From positions 649 to 64,648 of the forward strand of contig JAQBOP010000011.1 of the NCBI GenBank assembly GCA_028287975.1: a stretch of DNA of 64,000 bases, written 5' to 3'. Shown piece after piece: positions 38,666 through 48,871 of this stretch. Below the pieces are notes generated by a model that did no database searches, was not told where the DNA came from, and saw only the letters and a program-made list of their open reading frames with translations. The position numbers were made by a program, and so were the translations under genes. Every line of letters begins with the position of its first letter. Positions within the stretch are counted from its first letter, which is position 1. This DNA comes from Mucilaginibacter sp. Lineage in GTDB: Bacteria; Bacteroidota; Bacteroidia; Sphingobacteriales; Sphingobacteriaceae.

Positions 38666-38771
38666 ACGGATCGGCATACGGCGCTTTTAACAATCGGCCC
38701 GCATAACTCTTTGAAAGATACAATGAAGACAGCCCGGCCACCATTCCTTTTATCAAAGCCCTTCTTTCCAT
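38590..38771 (-). pseudogene. Remnant of a Tat-exported glycosidase (GH29 fucosidase-like N-terminus)
   Basis: ATG 3 nt after the Gfo/Idh/MocA stop: MERRALIKGMVAGLSSLYLSKSYA...PFKPAWDSL, then homology is lost. Confidence 0.55.
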
Positions 38772-38774
38772 AAT

Positions 38775-39890
38775 CTATTTTGTTAAAGTAAAATCAGGAA
38801 GATCTGTTTTTTTGCCTCCGTCCATAGCCGACTCATGCGCTAAAATACCTACGCAAGTGATATTTGCAGATTGCCTTGCATTTGGAAATGGCTGACGATT
38901 ATCCACCAAAGCAGAAACAAACTCGTTCACCAAATGCGGGTGTGAGCCGCCATGGCCTGACCCTTGTATAAATGAAAGGTGTTGATTGCTGTTGGCATCA
39001 TAAACGCCGTCTGTTGTAAAGGCCCGGATCTCTTTTGGTAACAAATGCGCGTAATCAGGTATCGTTACTTTTTCAGGTGTTTCGCCGGTGTGGATAACAG
39101 ATTGCTCATGTTCAACTAATGTCCATTCGAAGGTTTTCTTTGAACCGTATACATCAAAGCTTTCACGATATTGCCTTGCTGTGTTGAATAACGAGCGGGT
39201 TACTTCCGCCGCAAGGTCTGAATCTTTAAATTTGATATGGCAGCTTTCTATCGCAAAAGGCGATCCGTATTTACTGATCAGGTTTTCGTCAATGCGACCG
39301 GAGCCAAAACAAGAAACATATTCGGCATCGGCGTTTGCCAATGCTAAAACAGGGCCTACGCAATGGGTAGCGTAGTGCATCGGTGGCAGCCCTTCCCAGT
39401 AGCCGGGCCAACCGGCCATTTCTTGCTGGTGCGAGGCACGTAAAAATTGCAGGCGCCCTAACTCACCATTTTGATATAGCTCTTTAACAAACAAAAACTC
39501 CCTGCTGTAGATGACAGTTTCCATCATCATATAAGTAAGCCCTGTTTCCTTAACTGCTTCTACAATCCGGCGGCATTCTTCAACAGTAGTAGCCATGGGC
39601 ACTGTGCAAGCCACGTGTTTACCCGCGCGTAATGCTTTTATAGATTGCTCTGCATGGCTTTGAATAGGGGTATTGATATGCACGGCATCAACACCCGGGT
39701 CGCGCAGTAATTCGTCGTAATCGGTATAACGTTTTTCAATCCCGAAGGCATCGCCCACCTGGTGTAGTTTGGTATAATCGCGCTGGCAAATGGCATACAT
39801 ATTTGCATTGGGATGATGCTGATAAATAGGGATAAACTCGGCCCCGAACCCTAAGCCAACAATGGCTACATTAATTTTTTTATTTTCCAT
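38775..39890 (-). CDS. Gfo/Idh/MocA family oxidoreductase
   Basis: VAIVGLGFG, DAVHINTP, AGKHVACTVPMA, GHGGSH. Confidence 0.9.
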   Translation of the reverse strand: MENKKINVAIVGLGFGAEFIPIYQHHPNANMYAICQRDYTKLHQVGDAFGIEKRYTDYDELLRDPGVDAVHINTPIQSHAEQSIKALRAGKHVACTVPMATTVEECRRIVEAVKETGLTYMMMETVIYSREFLFVKELYQNGELGRLQFLRASHQQEMAGWPGYWEGLPPMHYATHCVGPVLALANADAEYVSCFGSGRIDENLISKYGSPFAIESCHIKFKDSDLAAEVTRSLFNTARQYRESFDVYGSKKTFEWTLVEHEQSVIHTGETPEKVTIPDYAHLLPKEIRAFTTDGVYDANSNQHLSFIQGSGHGGSHPHLVNEFVSALVDNRQPFPNARQSANITCVGILAHESAMDGGKKTDLPDFTLTK

Positions 39891-39923
39891 ATCTGTAATA
39901 AATTCTGTGAGATATTTTGAAGG

Positions 39924-40784
39924 TTATTGCGCCCATTGTTTTAAAAAGGCCAATCCCTCTGATGCAAATTTATCCTGGCTCAAAGCCAGCGGGCGCCAGA
40001 TGCAAACCGCCTGCGCCAGTTCTTTGTTGTCGGGTGTAAAGCTCTCTATTGACACCGTTCCTTTATAGTTTATCGTTTCCAGCCCGCGGCGATAGGCTGC
40101 CCAATTGGTTTGCCCGGTGCCCGGCGTGCCCCTGTAATTTTCTGCAACCTGCAAGTGGATTAACTTATCGCCGGCCAATTTTATCGCTTCCTCGATATCT
40201 GGTTCCTCAATGTTCATGTGGAAGCCATCCAAAATTATTTTTGCTGCCGGATGATTAATCTCATCCACTAATCGCACCACATCCCACGCGGTATTCACTA
40301 AGTCTGATTCAAAGCGGTTCAAGGGTTCGAGCGCTATTTCTAACCCACGCTCTTGTGCCATATCGCAAACTTTGCGCAAGTTTTTAACGGCAAGACTCCA
40401 TTCGGCTTTGCGTTGCTCCGGTGGTAACATGCGCGCCTTTCCAACGGCCGAATACATGGGTCCGGCAAAAAAACCGGTATCCCATAAGGCGCATAGATCA
40501 AGGCAATCTGCTATGTATTTGAAGCAGATATCGTGCAGGGCAGGATCATCGCTGGTAAGGTCGCGGGTAGGGCCAAACGCGCCGCATACAATAGCTTTAA
40601 GTTTGTATTTGTCTAATGCCGCTTTTACGGCATTTCCATCTATCAGGGCCGGGTCTTCTATCGCAATTTCCACAGCGTCAAACCCCATGGCCGCAATTTT
40701 TGGAAATAGTTCATCTATTGACGATGTTTGAAATGGCGACGTAAATAGCCAGGTGCTCACACCGAATTTTATTTGTAATGACAT
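39924..40784 (-). CDS. Sugar isomerase/epimerase TIM barrel (D-psicose/D-tagatose 3-epimerase-like)
   Basis: EPLNRFE, LDGFHMNIEE, ENYRGTPGTG, IESF, IWR. Confidence 0.88.
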   Translation of the reverse strand: MSLQIKFGVSTWLFTSPFQTSSIDELFPKIAAMGFDAVEIAIEDPALIDGNAVKAALDKYKLKAIVCGAFGPTRDLTSDDPALHDICFKYIADCLDLCALWDTGFFAGPMYSAVGKARMLPPEQRKAEWSLAVKNLRKVCDMAQERGLEIALEPLNRFESDLVNTAWDVVRLVDEINHPAAKIILDGFHMNIEEPDIEEAIKLAGDKLIHLQVAENYRGTPGTGQTNWAAYRRGLETINYKGTVSIESFTPDNKELAQAVCIWRPLALSQDKFASEGLAFLKQWAQ

Positions 40785-40794
40785 ATTATTCTAA

Positions 40795-42336
40795 TTAATA
40801 GGATGTAGCCTCGGGTTCATCGGCCTGGTTTAATGTTACTGCTTTATAACCCCCTTTTGATCTGAAGTAGAGGATAAGTAACAGGAAGCTAATTAACATG
40901 ATGAGCGGGAAGAAGACGATATAGCGCAACGCTTCTTTTTTTGCCGTGTCGCGAATGCTGGTGACCGTTAGTTGTTCATTGGCATTTGCGGCAGATAGTT
41001 TGTTTTGATCAAGCGCTTTATAGTCGCCAAAAAAGCTGGTTTTTTGCTCGGTAACATACGTGCTGTGCATGGCTGTTTGGTGGGTACGATCATACGCGGT
41101 AATTTTTTGATCAATGGATTTATCCTGAATAAAGCCCAATATTCCTGCGCCTATCACACCGGCAGCTATCATGCCCAACCCCCCTGTAATATTTAATGTC
41201 AAAGCCCCGCCTTTTGGAAAACGTTCAGATACCATACCAAGCATCGTCGGCCAAAAAAAGGATTTGCCCAGCCCATAAATTGTTGCCGCAACCAGGATCA
41301 TGGTACCGGCAGAGAAGGACATTACGTATAACCCTACCCCCGCAATTGTAGAGCAGATGGCTAATAATCCGGGCGAAGAAAACTTATGCGATATTGGCCC
41401 GGCAAAAAAGCGCAGTACAAACATAATGGCTGAGGTATACACCAACACCCAACCCGCCTGGAAACCAATTTTGTTCATTTCCGGCGTCATCAGATCTGTT
41501 ATCCAGCTATCGGTGCCTAACTCGGTAGTTGCCAGCGGGATCATGATCAACAACAACACAATGAACAATGGCTGCCCGAAACTACGGGTGTAATAACCAA
41601 AGCCCGCTGTTATCAATAAAGTGATGATGATATTGGCAGCAGTGGTCCAGCCAAACACTGCGCCTAATTGGAATATGATTAGTGCCACTATTATCAATGC
41701 ACCGCCCGCACCAACTTCTTGTAACATTTCTTTGTACGACACGCCTGCCTGCACACGCTCATTTACGGGGAATTTTCTGGAGATGGTCATCAACGCGTAG
41801 ATAACTGTTGGAATCAATATCAAGGCGATCTTATACTCCCATTGGATTTTAACACCGAGTAGCAGCGCCATTATACCTCCTAAAACCAAACCTCCGGCCC
41901 AACCTGCGTGAAGCCTGCTCAACCATTTGATTTTTTCGTTAGGAAACATGGTAGCGACCACCGGATTTGCTACGGCTTCAACAGTACCGTTGCCTATGGC
42001 GCAGATAAACGAGCCAATGTACAGCATCCAATAACCGCTGGCAAATATGGTTAACAATGCCGATGCTATGTGACAAAATACTGCTACAAACATGGCGGTT
42101 TTATAGCCGATACGATCAATTACTAAACTAAACAATACAATACTTATGGCAAAGGGCCAAAGGCCCACACCGGCAATTTCACCTAACTGAGTTTGGGTCA
42201 GATTGAAATCGTGTCCCCACTGGGGCAATACAAGAGCACGTAAAATAAATCCGAATGCGGTGGTAACAATTGAAATGAAGCAGGTATAAAAAAGCTTCAT
42301 ATCAGGTGTTGAAGTTCCGTTTGTTGCAGCTGTCAT
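40795..42336 (-). CDS. MFS sugar transporter
   Basis: About 14 TM helices; DRIGYK, GNGTVEAVANP, FWPTMLG...ERFPKGG. Confidence 0.88.
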   Translation of the reverse strand: MTAATNGTSTPDMKLFYTCFISIVTTAFGFILRALVLPQWGHDFNLTQTQLGEIAGVGLWPFAISIVLFSLVIDRIGYKTAMFVAVFCHIASALLTIFASGYWMLYIGSFICAIGNGTVEAVANPVVATMFPNEKIKWLSRLHAGWAGGLVLGGIMALLLGVKIQWEYKIALILIPTVIYALMTISRKFPVNERVQAGVSYKEMLQEVGAGGALIIVALIIFQLGAVFGWTTAANIIITLLITAGFGYYTRSFGQPLFIVLLLIMIPLATTELGTDSWITDLMTPEMNKIGFQAGWVLVYTSAIMFVLRFFAGPISHKFSSPGLLAICSTIAGVGLYVMSFSAGTMILVAATIYGLGKSFFWPTMLGMVSERFPKGGALTLNITGGLGMIAAGVIGAGILGFIQDKSIDQKITAYDRTHQTAMHSTYVTEQKTSFFGDYKALDQNKLSAANANEQLTVTSIRDTAKKEALRYIVFFPLIMLISFLLLILYFRSKGGYKAVTLNQADEPEATSY

Positions 42337-42342
42337 GATTCC

Positions 42343-45282
42343 TTATTTAATAACTTTCATAATGCCGTTCATAATGCGCCAGTGGCCCGGAAACGAACAG
42401 ATAAATGGATAATCTCCTGCATCGGCAGGTGCCCGGAATTTTAGCTTAAAACTCTTTTGCGGCTCTACAAGCGTTGTTGAAAACAATACTTCCGGAATTT
42501 TCGGGATGTAGTTTTGCTCTATTCCTTTCGGGTCCTGCGCCAATTTGTCGGCAGTAGCGCCTACTTTCTCTAAGCTCCCTTTTTGAAGGATCAGGAAGTT
42601 ATGCTGCATAAAATCCGGGTTTGAAAAGTCAACCTCTACCATACTGCCCGCTTTCACAGTAAATGTTTTGGTGTCGTACTTCATCGCATTTTGTACCACC
42701 GCTACTTTTACGGTTTGATCGATTTTAGCAGTTGAAATATTGACCCGGTCTATTGCTGCCAGGTTTGCATTTTTCGTTTCTTCTCCAAAACCTTTTACAT
42801 GGGTAGCCATGGCGATAGGTATTGCCCTGCTTAACCAGTAATCATTTGCATTTTGAGAGACCTTTTGCGCCGCTGATAAAAATTTGCCCATCTCGTCATT
42901 GGCAGGCATGTCTGCTATTGTTAAAAATGCTGCAAGACGCGTGTTTAAATTAACATCATTGAGTAGCCCCACTTTTTGAATGGCAGCCATGGATCTTGAT
43001 GTTAACGGTAATACCTGTAAAGCAGCTTTACGCACGCCGGCCGATGGATGGCTCAATGCACCTTCGGCAACAGTTAGCGCATCTTCATTAGAACCATTTA
43101 ACAAACCCAATCCGTTCAAAGTCCATAAGGCATGAATAGCCGGCGCGTTGATACCTATAGCATCTACAGAAGTGTTCCGGATCAAATCAAACAACTGCGG
43201 CGCCAGTTGTTTGTAGCCACCCTCTACAATTAGCCTTTGCGCGGTGATACGCCAAAACATGTTATCGCTTTTTAAGCCCGCCAATAATTCGTCCGGTTTG
43301 TTTTTGTCAAGCCTGGTAATGGTTGATGGCTTGGCACCGTCGTAAACAATACGGTAAATACGTCCGTGGGTACGGTCCCGCAACGGATTGATATAGGCAT
43401 TGCCTTTCCCGTTTTCAAAGCCTTTTGGCGTAGGGTTATGCTGGATAATGAAATTATACCAGTCGCACACCCAAAGCGCGCCATCCGGCCCAACTTCGGC
43501 CTGTACAGGCCCCATCCACTCGTCTGCGCTGGCCAAAAAATTCCAGCCATCTTTTTCTTTAAAACCCGAGCCATCCGGTTCTAATAACGCGCGATGGATA
43601 ACACGGCCGGTTGGTTCGTTTACAAAAGCAACCTTGTTCCAGTATTCTTCAGGGAAACTCCTTGCCGTATATAAATTATGACCGGCCGCGGCGGTAAATC
43701 CGTCATGTACATCAACCTGTCGTAAGTTTTTGGTCACCACATGCATTCCATAATGGCCGTCGATCTTTTTAACCGACTCCATACCAGGCATGGCCAGTCG
43801 TTGTAAATAAGGCAGTGGGATACCTAAATAGTCGCTATGTGAATTGTTTGCTGTCGAAATAAATATGTCAAAGTTTTCTGAAAAGCCAAGCCCCCAGGTA
43901 TTATTACTGGTTGAACCTAAGTGTTCAAGATTTTTGCCATCCGGGGTAAACCGATAAACAGCTTGGTTAAAATCAAACTTTTTGTCGCCTATTGTACCCT
44001 TAAAGCCCGAATAGCCAACGGTGCCCCAGATCTTGTTATCTAAGCCATATTTTAGATTTGATGGTCCTGCATGCGTATCAAAAGTACCCCAACCGGTGAT
44101 GATCTTCTCCCGGATATCGGCTTTATCGTCGCCATCGGTATCCTTTAAAAATAAAAAGTCCGGTGCTTGTGAAATAATTACCCCGCCACGGGCGAATACG
44201 ATACTGGTGGGAATATTTAAATGGTCGGCAAAAATGGTGAACTTGTCTGCTTTGCCATCGCCATCAGTATCTTCACAGATCTTTATACGGTCCTGGCCTT
44301 CATTTTTATTTTCTCTTACTGTGTTCGGGTAATCAATAGTTTCTAAAACCCAAAGCCTGCCGCGTTCATCCCAGGCCATGGCAATTGGTTTCTCAATATC
44401 GGGCTCGGCAGCAAACAACTGCATCTTAAATCCTACTGGAATTTGAGTCAGTAACTGCGATTCGGCAGGCGAGAGCGGCGCTTGTAACTTAGGCGCCGGA
44501 TTACGGTTTTCATAGTTTGGAATGTCTGCAACCGTATAAGTGGGGGTTGGTTTCGGTAGTTTATCAAGGGTCTTTTCCGCTTTTTTACCTACTGCCCATA
44601 CTACACCGTTCTCCAGCATTTTTAAGAAATCCGGGTTTTTCCAGGTATGCTCGTCATGGCCATAGGCGGTGTAAAATACGCGCCCCTTGCCGTAGTTGTT
44701 GGTCCAGGTATAAGGCTCGTGGTGGCTGCCTTCTACGCGCTCTGTTATCACATGAATATCCTTGTTGATCTTTGTATGTACGTAGGTTTCGTCCCAGGTA
44801 GTAAATGCGTTTACGCCTTTCATTACAGGGTGCTTCTTATCAACAACAACCATGGTAAAGGTATCGGTTTTATGCGTGCTGAACTGACCGCCAATCATTT
44901 TGACAACTTCGTCTGAATTGCGGAAGCAATAAGATGCGCAATGCACAGGGATAAAACCTTTGCCGCTTTTTACAAATTGTAAAAGTGCTTTTTCCTGCGA
45001 TTTTGAAATGGTATCGTAATTAGCATACACCATTAACCCATCATATTTTGACAGCGTGGTTTCGTTCAGATCGTCGGGGTTAGTTGTATAAGTGATGTTG
45101 ATGCCATCCTTAAAAAAAGATTGCTGCACAATCTCGGCAAACTTGTCAGACAAGTGATGGGTAGCGGTATGACCCAGGAATAAAATCTCCAACCGGCGTG
45201 GAGGATCGCTTTTGATCAATGTACCTTTAAAATTAATTGCAGCCGCTAAACAAATTACAGCCAGTACCAGGTATTTTTTCAT
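42343..45282 (-). CDS. ThuA + PVC-type dehydrogenase propeller + HEAT + cupredoxin fusion protein
   Basis: ThuA (DETY, GRVFYTAYGHD); FAAEP, WDERGRLW, DTDGDGKAD, GPDGALWVCDWYN, GRIYRI; type-1 Cu site HN...CSFPGHWRIM. Confidence 0.85.
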   Translation of the reverse strand: MKKYLVLAVICLAAAINFKGTLIKSDPPRRLEILFLGHTATHHLSDKFAEIVQQSFFKDGINITYTTNPDDLNETTLSKYDGLMVYANYDTISKSQEKALLQFVKSGKGFIPVHCASYCFRNSDEVVKMIGGQFSTHKTDTFTMVVVDKKHPVMKGVNAFTTWDETYVHTKINKDIHVITERVEGSHHEPYTWTNNYGKGRVFYTAYGHDEHTWKNPDFLKMLENGVVWAVGKKAEKTLDKLPKPTPTYTVADIPNYENRNPAPKLQAPLSPAESQLLTQIPVGFKMQLFAAEPDIEKPIAMAWDERGRLWVLETIDYPNTVRENKNEGQDRIKICEDTDGDGKADKFTIFADHLNIPTSIVFARGGVIISQAPDFLFLKDTDGDDKADIREKIITGWGTFDTHAGPSNLKYGLDNKIWGTVGYSGFKGTIGDKKFDFNQAVYRFTPDGKNLEHLGSTSNNTWGLGFSENFDIFISTANNSHSDYLGIPLPYLQRLAMPGMESVKKIDGHYGMHVVTKNLRQVDVHDGFTAAAGHNLYTARSFPEEYWNKVAFVNEPTGRVIHRALLEPDGSGFKEKDGWNFLASADEWMGPVQAEVGPDGALWVCDWYNFIIQHNPTPKGFENGKGNAYINPLRDRTHGRIYRIVYDGAKPSTITRLDKNKPDELLAGLKSDNMFWRITAQRLIVEGGYKQLAPQLFDLIRNTSVDAIGINAPAIHALWTLNGLGLLNGSNEDALTVAEGALSHPSAGVRKAALQVLPLTSRSMAAIQKVGLLNDVNLNTRLAAFLTIADMPANDEMGKFLSAAQKVSQNANDYWLSRAIPIAMATHVKGFGEETKNANLAAIDRVNISTAKIDQTVKVAVVQNAMKYDTKTFTVKAGSMVEVDFSNPDFMQHNFLILQKGSLEKVGATADKLAQDPKGIEQNYIPKIPEVLFSTTLVEPQKSFKLKFRAPADAGDYPFICSFPGHWRIMNGIMKVIK

Positions 45283-45428
45283 GAAATGAGCTAAATAGAT
45301 TTCTACTTAATTGGCTAATTGGGTATAAAGCAAATATGGTTATGAAACCTTTTCCTTTTTTATCCAATTATGACTGTTTTTTGTCATCAAATATTTAGTT
45401 TTATATTTTTTTAAGCTAATAATAACTT

Positions 45429-46298
45429 ATGAAAGCAGCGGTACATAAGTCTTCTATTCCTGAATCGCAGACCTTTATGATCAAGTACCTGGAGGATCAA
45501 TATTTTGATCCGATTTGGCACTCGCATTCAGAATATCAGTTATTTGTGCCTTTAGAAGGAAGCGGGACACGATTTATTGGCGACAGTATCAAATCATTCG
45601 GGCCGAACGAACTGATACTCACCGGTTCTAACCTGCCGCATTTATGGCGCAGTGATGAAGCTTATTTTGAAAAGAATAACCTGTTAAAGATCAGCGGTAT
45701 AGTAATTTATTTACAAGAAAGTTTGCTTGGTGAACACCTGATGAGAAAAGAAGAAATGCTGCAATTAAACAAATTGTTTAAGCGATCTTCCCGCGGATTG
45801 GAATTTTATGGAGATGTAAAGCAAAAGGTTATTGTCATGATGAAGGAACTCTTACAATTGAAAGGATTAGAAGCCTTTATTCACCTGCTTAAAATTTTAA
45901 ACTTACTGTCCGCGACAAAAGAATATCATTACATATCTCATAACGAATATGTCGAACCATTTAAGGAGAACGAAACGGACCGAATGAGCCGGGTTTATGA
46001 ATACATATTAAAACACTATCGCAAAAAGATACATCAGAATGAACTGGCCGATCTGCTATGTATGACGTCGACATCCTTTAGCAGATACTTTACAACTGTG
46101 AATAATAAAAACTTCGCGAGATTTATTAGTGAACTCAGGATCAAGCATGCCTGCAAGCTATTGACGGAAACTGATTTGAGCATTGCAATAGTGGCGGAAA
46201 GATCAGGATTTAAAACATTGTCAAACTTTAACAGGCAGTTTAAAGACGAAATGAAAAAAAAACCGTCGGATTATAAAAAGGAGTTTTTGAATATATAG
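45429..46298 (+). CDS. AraC family regulator, divergent from the sugar operon
   Basis: WHSHSEYQ, GSNLPH, FSRYF, SGFKTLSNFNRQFK. Confidence 0.92.
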   Translation: MKAAVHKSSIPESQTFMIKYLEDQYFDPIWHSHSEYQLFVPLEGSGTRFIGDSIKSFGPNELILTGSNLPHLWRSDEAYFEKNNLLKISGIVIYLQESLLGEHLMRKEEMLQLNKLFKRSSRGLEFYGDVKQKVIVMMKELLQLKGLEAFIHLLKILNLLSATKEYHYISHNEYVEPFKENETDRMSRVYEYILKHYRKKIHQNELADLLCMTSTSFSRYFTTVNNKNFARFISELRIKHACKLLTETDLSIAIVAERSGFKTLSNFNRQFKDEMKKKPSDYKKEFLNI

Positions 46299-46682
46299 TA
46301 AACATAAGTTAAAAACCACTAATAAAAACTATCGCTTATCCGTTGAGCCGATTTTGCAAAAAGATACTGGGATTTCGGACCATTCAGAACTTCCCTTAAA
46401 GTTCGCCCCCCAAATGTTAAATGGCTAATAAACAACTTCTATCCTTTTGTTTTTATACAGAGTGCAAATTAGATGCATTATTCAATATGCCCTCATTTTA
46501 GATATAGCTTAAGTTTGGAACAATCATTAATCACATTTATTAAAATTTCCAATCTAACTTAGCTAACTTGTATATACACTGTGCATCTTAATGTATTTAT
46601 TATTTCGATTGCGTAAGAGTTCGAACTTTTTAACTGTTATAAAGGTTATCATTGTAAAAATATTTACATATTACACGTTACC

Positions 46683-48272
46683 TCATAGTCCAATTTTAAT
46701 ATTCATAACCGCATCGTCAAAAGCAGCACCTTGTACCAGGGCTTTGTTTTTTATTCGATTCTTATAGGTATAGACTGTACTTTCTGAATATTCCAAAATT
46801 TGAGCTACTATTTTGTTATTAACTATACCTAATCGCATAAGGGCAAATATCCTCAAATGCGCGCTTAAAAGCTCACCGTCTTTTGGATGAAGCTGATCCT
46901 CCTCGTGAAGAAGCGAGTTGAAAGCCGAAACGAAATTTGGGAATAATCGAAGGAAAGTTTGATCAAAAGTTTCAAAAAGGGACTCACGTTCTTTTTTTAT
47001 ATCAATATTGTAAGTTATTGCCAGAGCATCCTCATATTTTCCTGTTTTAATTCTTCTTTCTAACCCTATTTTTAATTTCTCCATTTTTAGGATATAACTG
47101 GAAAAAACGTTAAAAAAGTAACCTATATATTCTTCTTTAATACGTGAATCACTATAAAGGCGTTCGTTGGTGCGTTCCAAAATGGTGTTTTTTTCGTTGA
47201 TGATCACTTCTTTTAATTTCAATCGTTTCAATTGAAAAAATATGATAAAGGCAATCAGGAAGATAATGACAGAGACGCCAACAATTGCGATTAAATAGAT
47301 AATAAAATTTGCTTTGTCACTTTCAACCTGGTTGATCCGTTTTTCGGAAATCATAGATAATTCGCCGGAAAACTCAACTTTTCTCAGCCTCGCGTTATAA
47401 AATTCCGCGTCGTTAGTAGCAGCCTGTACAAATTCATATGCATCATCCAGCCTGCCCATCTCAGCAAGTTCCCTTCCAAGTAAGAAGATAGCTTCAGTCT
47501 CCTTTACAGAAGCCCTTATGTCATTGATTGCACCGGTAACAAGTAGTTTTATTTTGTCCTGTCCACTATAGCTAAAACTTAGTCCTGTAGCAACGATTGC
47601 GCGTTGATGAGTTGTCAAAGGAAAATTCTTATACAGGTACCAATAATGTGTAACGCCGGGCGGCCGACCTGGGGTATCGCGTTTTTCGGCTAGATGGATA
47701 TGTTGTTCAAAACTGTTCGGAGCAGCATACCGAATTGCCGAATCGAGGTATCGGTCAGCATTACGACTATGAATATCTTCATACAATGTTCCTCTGTTAT
47801 ATTTTGTGAGATCATTCTCGCAATGAAAAAGCAATTCGTAATAAGGCAGCTTTAAGGGCGCTTCCAGTGTTGATGAATTGATCTTTGCTATTGATTCGTA
47901 GGTTTCAATAAACAATCCTGTTGATTCCAGGACCATAGCCATATTTAATTGGCTTTCTACTTTTTTATAAGGACTGTTTAACCGTTGGGCAAGGTTAACA
48001 AGCTTTTGAGCATAAACGAAGGCTGAATCAAATTTGTACACTTTATATTCCTTAAAAAGCGACCGGCAAAGTAAATATCGTCGCTCATAATTCGTGGGCC
48101 CGCACTTGTACAAATCAATTTTGTAATTATCAATCACTGTTTCTTTTTTTCGATCGAAGTAGGCTTTTTGAAGTAATACTGCTTTCAAAGGAGCTATAAT
48201 ATTGGATATTGTATCCGCCCTGCTTGTTAAGGTAATTACTAATAAGATGATCAGTATTAAATATTTTCTCAT
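46683..48272 (-). CDS. DUF6377 / SusR-like membrane-spanning transcriptional regulator
   Basis: Periplasmic helical region, TM, KEEYIGYFF, FDQTFLRLFPNFV, RIFALMRLG, YSESTVYTYKNRIK. Confidence 0.88.
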   Translation of the reverse strand: MRKYLILIILLVITLTSRADTISNIIAPLKAVLLQKAYFDRKKETVIDNYKIDLYKCGPTNYERRYLLCRSLFKEYKVYKFDSAFVYAQKLVNLAQRLNSPYKKVESQLNMAMVLESTGLFIETYESIAKINSSTLEAPLKLPYYELLFHCENDLTKYNRGTLYEDIHSRNADRYLDSAIRYAAPNSFEQHIHLAEKRDTPGRPPGVTHYWYLYKNFPLTTHQRAIVATGLSFSYSGQDKIKLLVTGAINDIRASVKETEAIFLLGRELAEMGRLDDAYEFVQAATNDAEFYNARLRKVEFSGELSMISEKRINQVESDKANFIIYLIAIVGVSVIIFLIAFIIFFQLKRLKLKEVIINEKNTILERTNERLYSDSRIKEEYIGYFFNVFSSYILKMEKLKIGLERRIKTGKYEDALAITYNIDIKKERESLFETFDQTFLRLFPNFVSAFNSLLHEEDQLHPKDGELLSAHLRIFALMRLGIVNNKIVAQILEYSESTVYTYKNRIKNKALVQGAAFDDAVMNIKIGL

Positions 48273-48871
48273 GTAGGATTATTGGAATTTCTAATTTACC
48301 ATTTCTAAATATCTTCAAAATAATATGATTTTAAAGGCAGATCAGTGTATTTGCAAATTGCTGATTATCAGTGCTTTCAAATACGAATAGAATGGATTTT
48401 GATTAGAAAAATATGAGATTTTTATATGTATTTAAATATGTAAGTATTTGACCTTCAATAATATGTAAAAAAACTAATCGATATTTTTTTGAGTAAAATA
48501 AAAGACAGTATAAATACACTCATCAATATGCGCATTATTGTATATCAGCAGCTGTTCTGCTCATCGAATCTAAATTTTCAAATTAAGTTTTAAGATTTAA
48601 AAATTACGTCTTGAATCCATTGTGTACATCAATATTTAGTGGCAATAAGGAAGTGCGACATATAAGTAATATAATAATTTTTAACCCTAATAATTCAATA
48701 TGAAATAAAGAGACACATAACCATCATAACAAAAAAAGACCGGGGATAGTTCAGTATCGCCGGTCATAATTTTAGCGCCCTAAAATGCTTGTAACCATTT
48801 CACAGCCTTTAAGAAAGGTTGATGAGGGGGCTTTTGTCGAGTTTTTTTAATTATTAACCCTAACCAAAGTT

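Noticed and set aside
48360-48373. CTGATTATCAG palindrome (similar TTGATTATCAA near 30633)
   Set aside because: Short AT-rich palindrome, common in Bacteroidota intergenic DNA; no function can be supported from this window.
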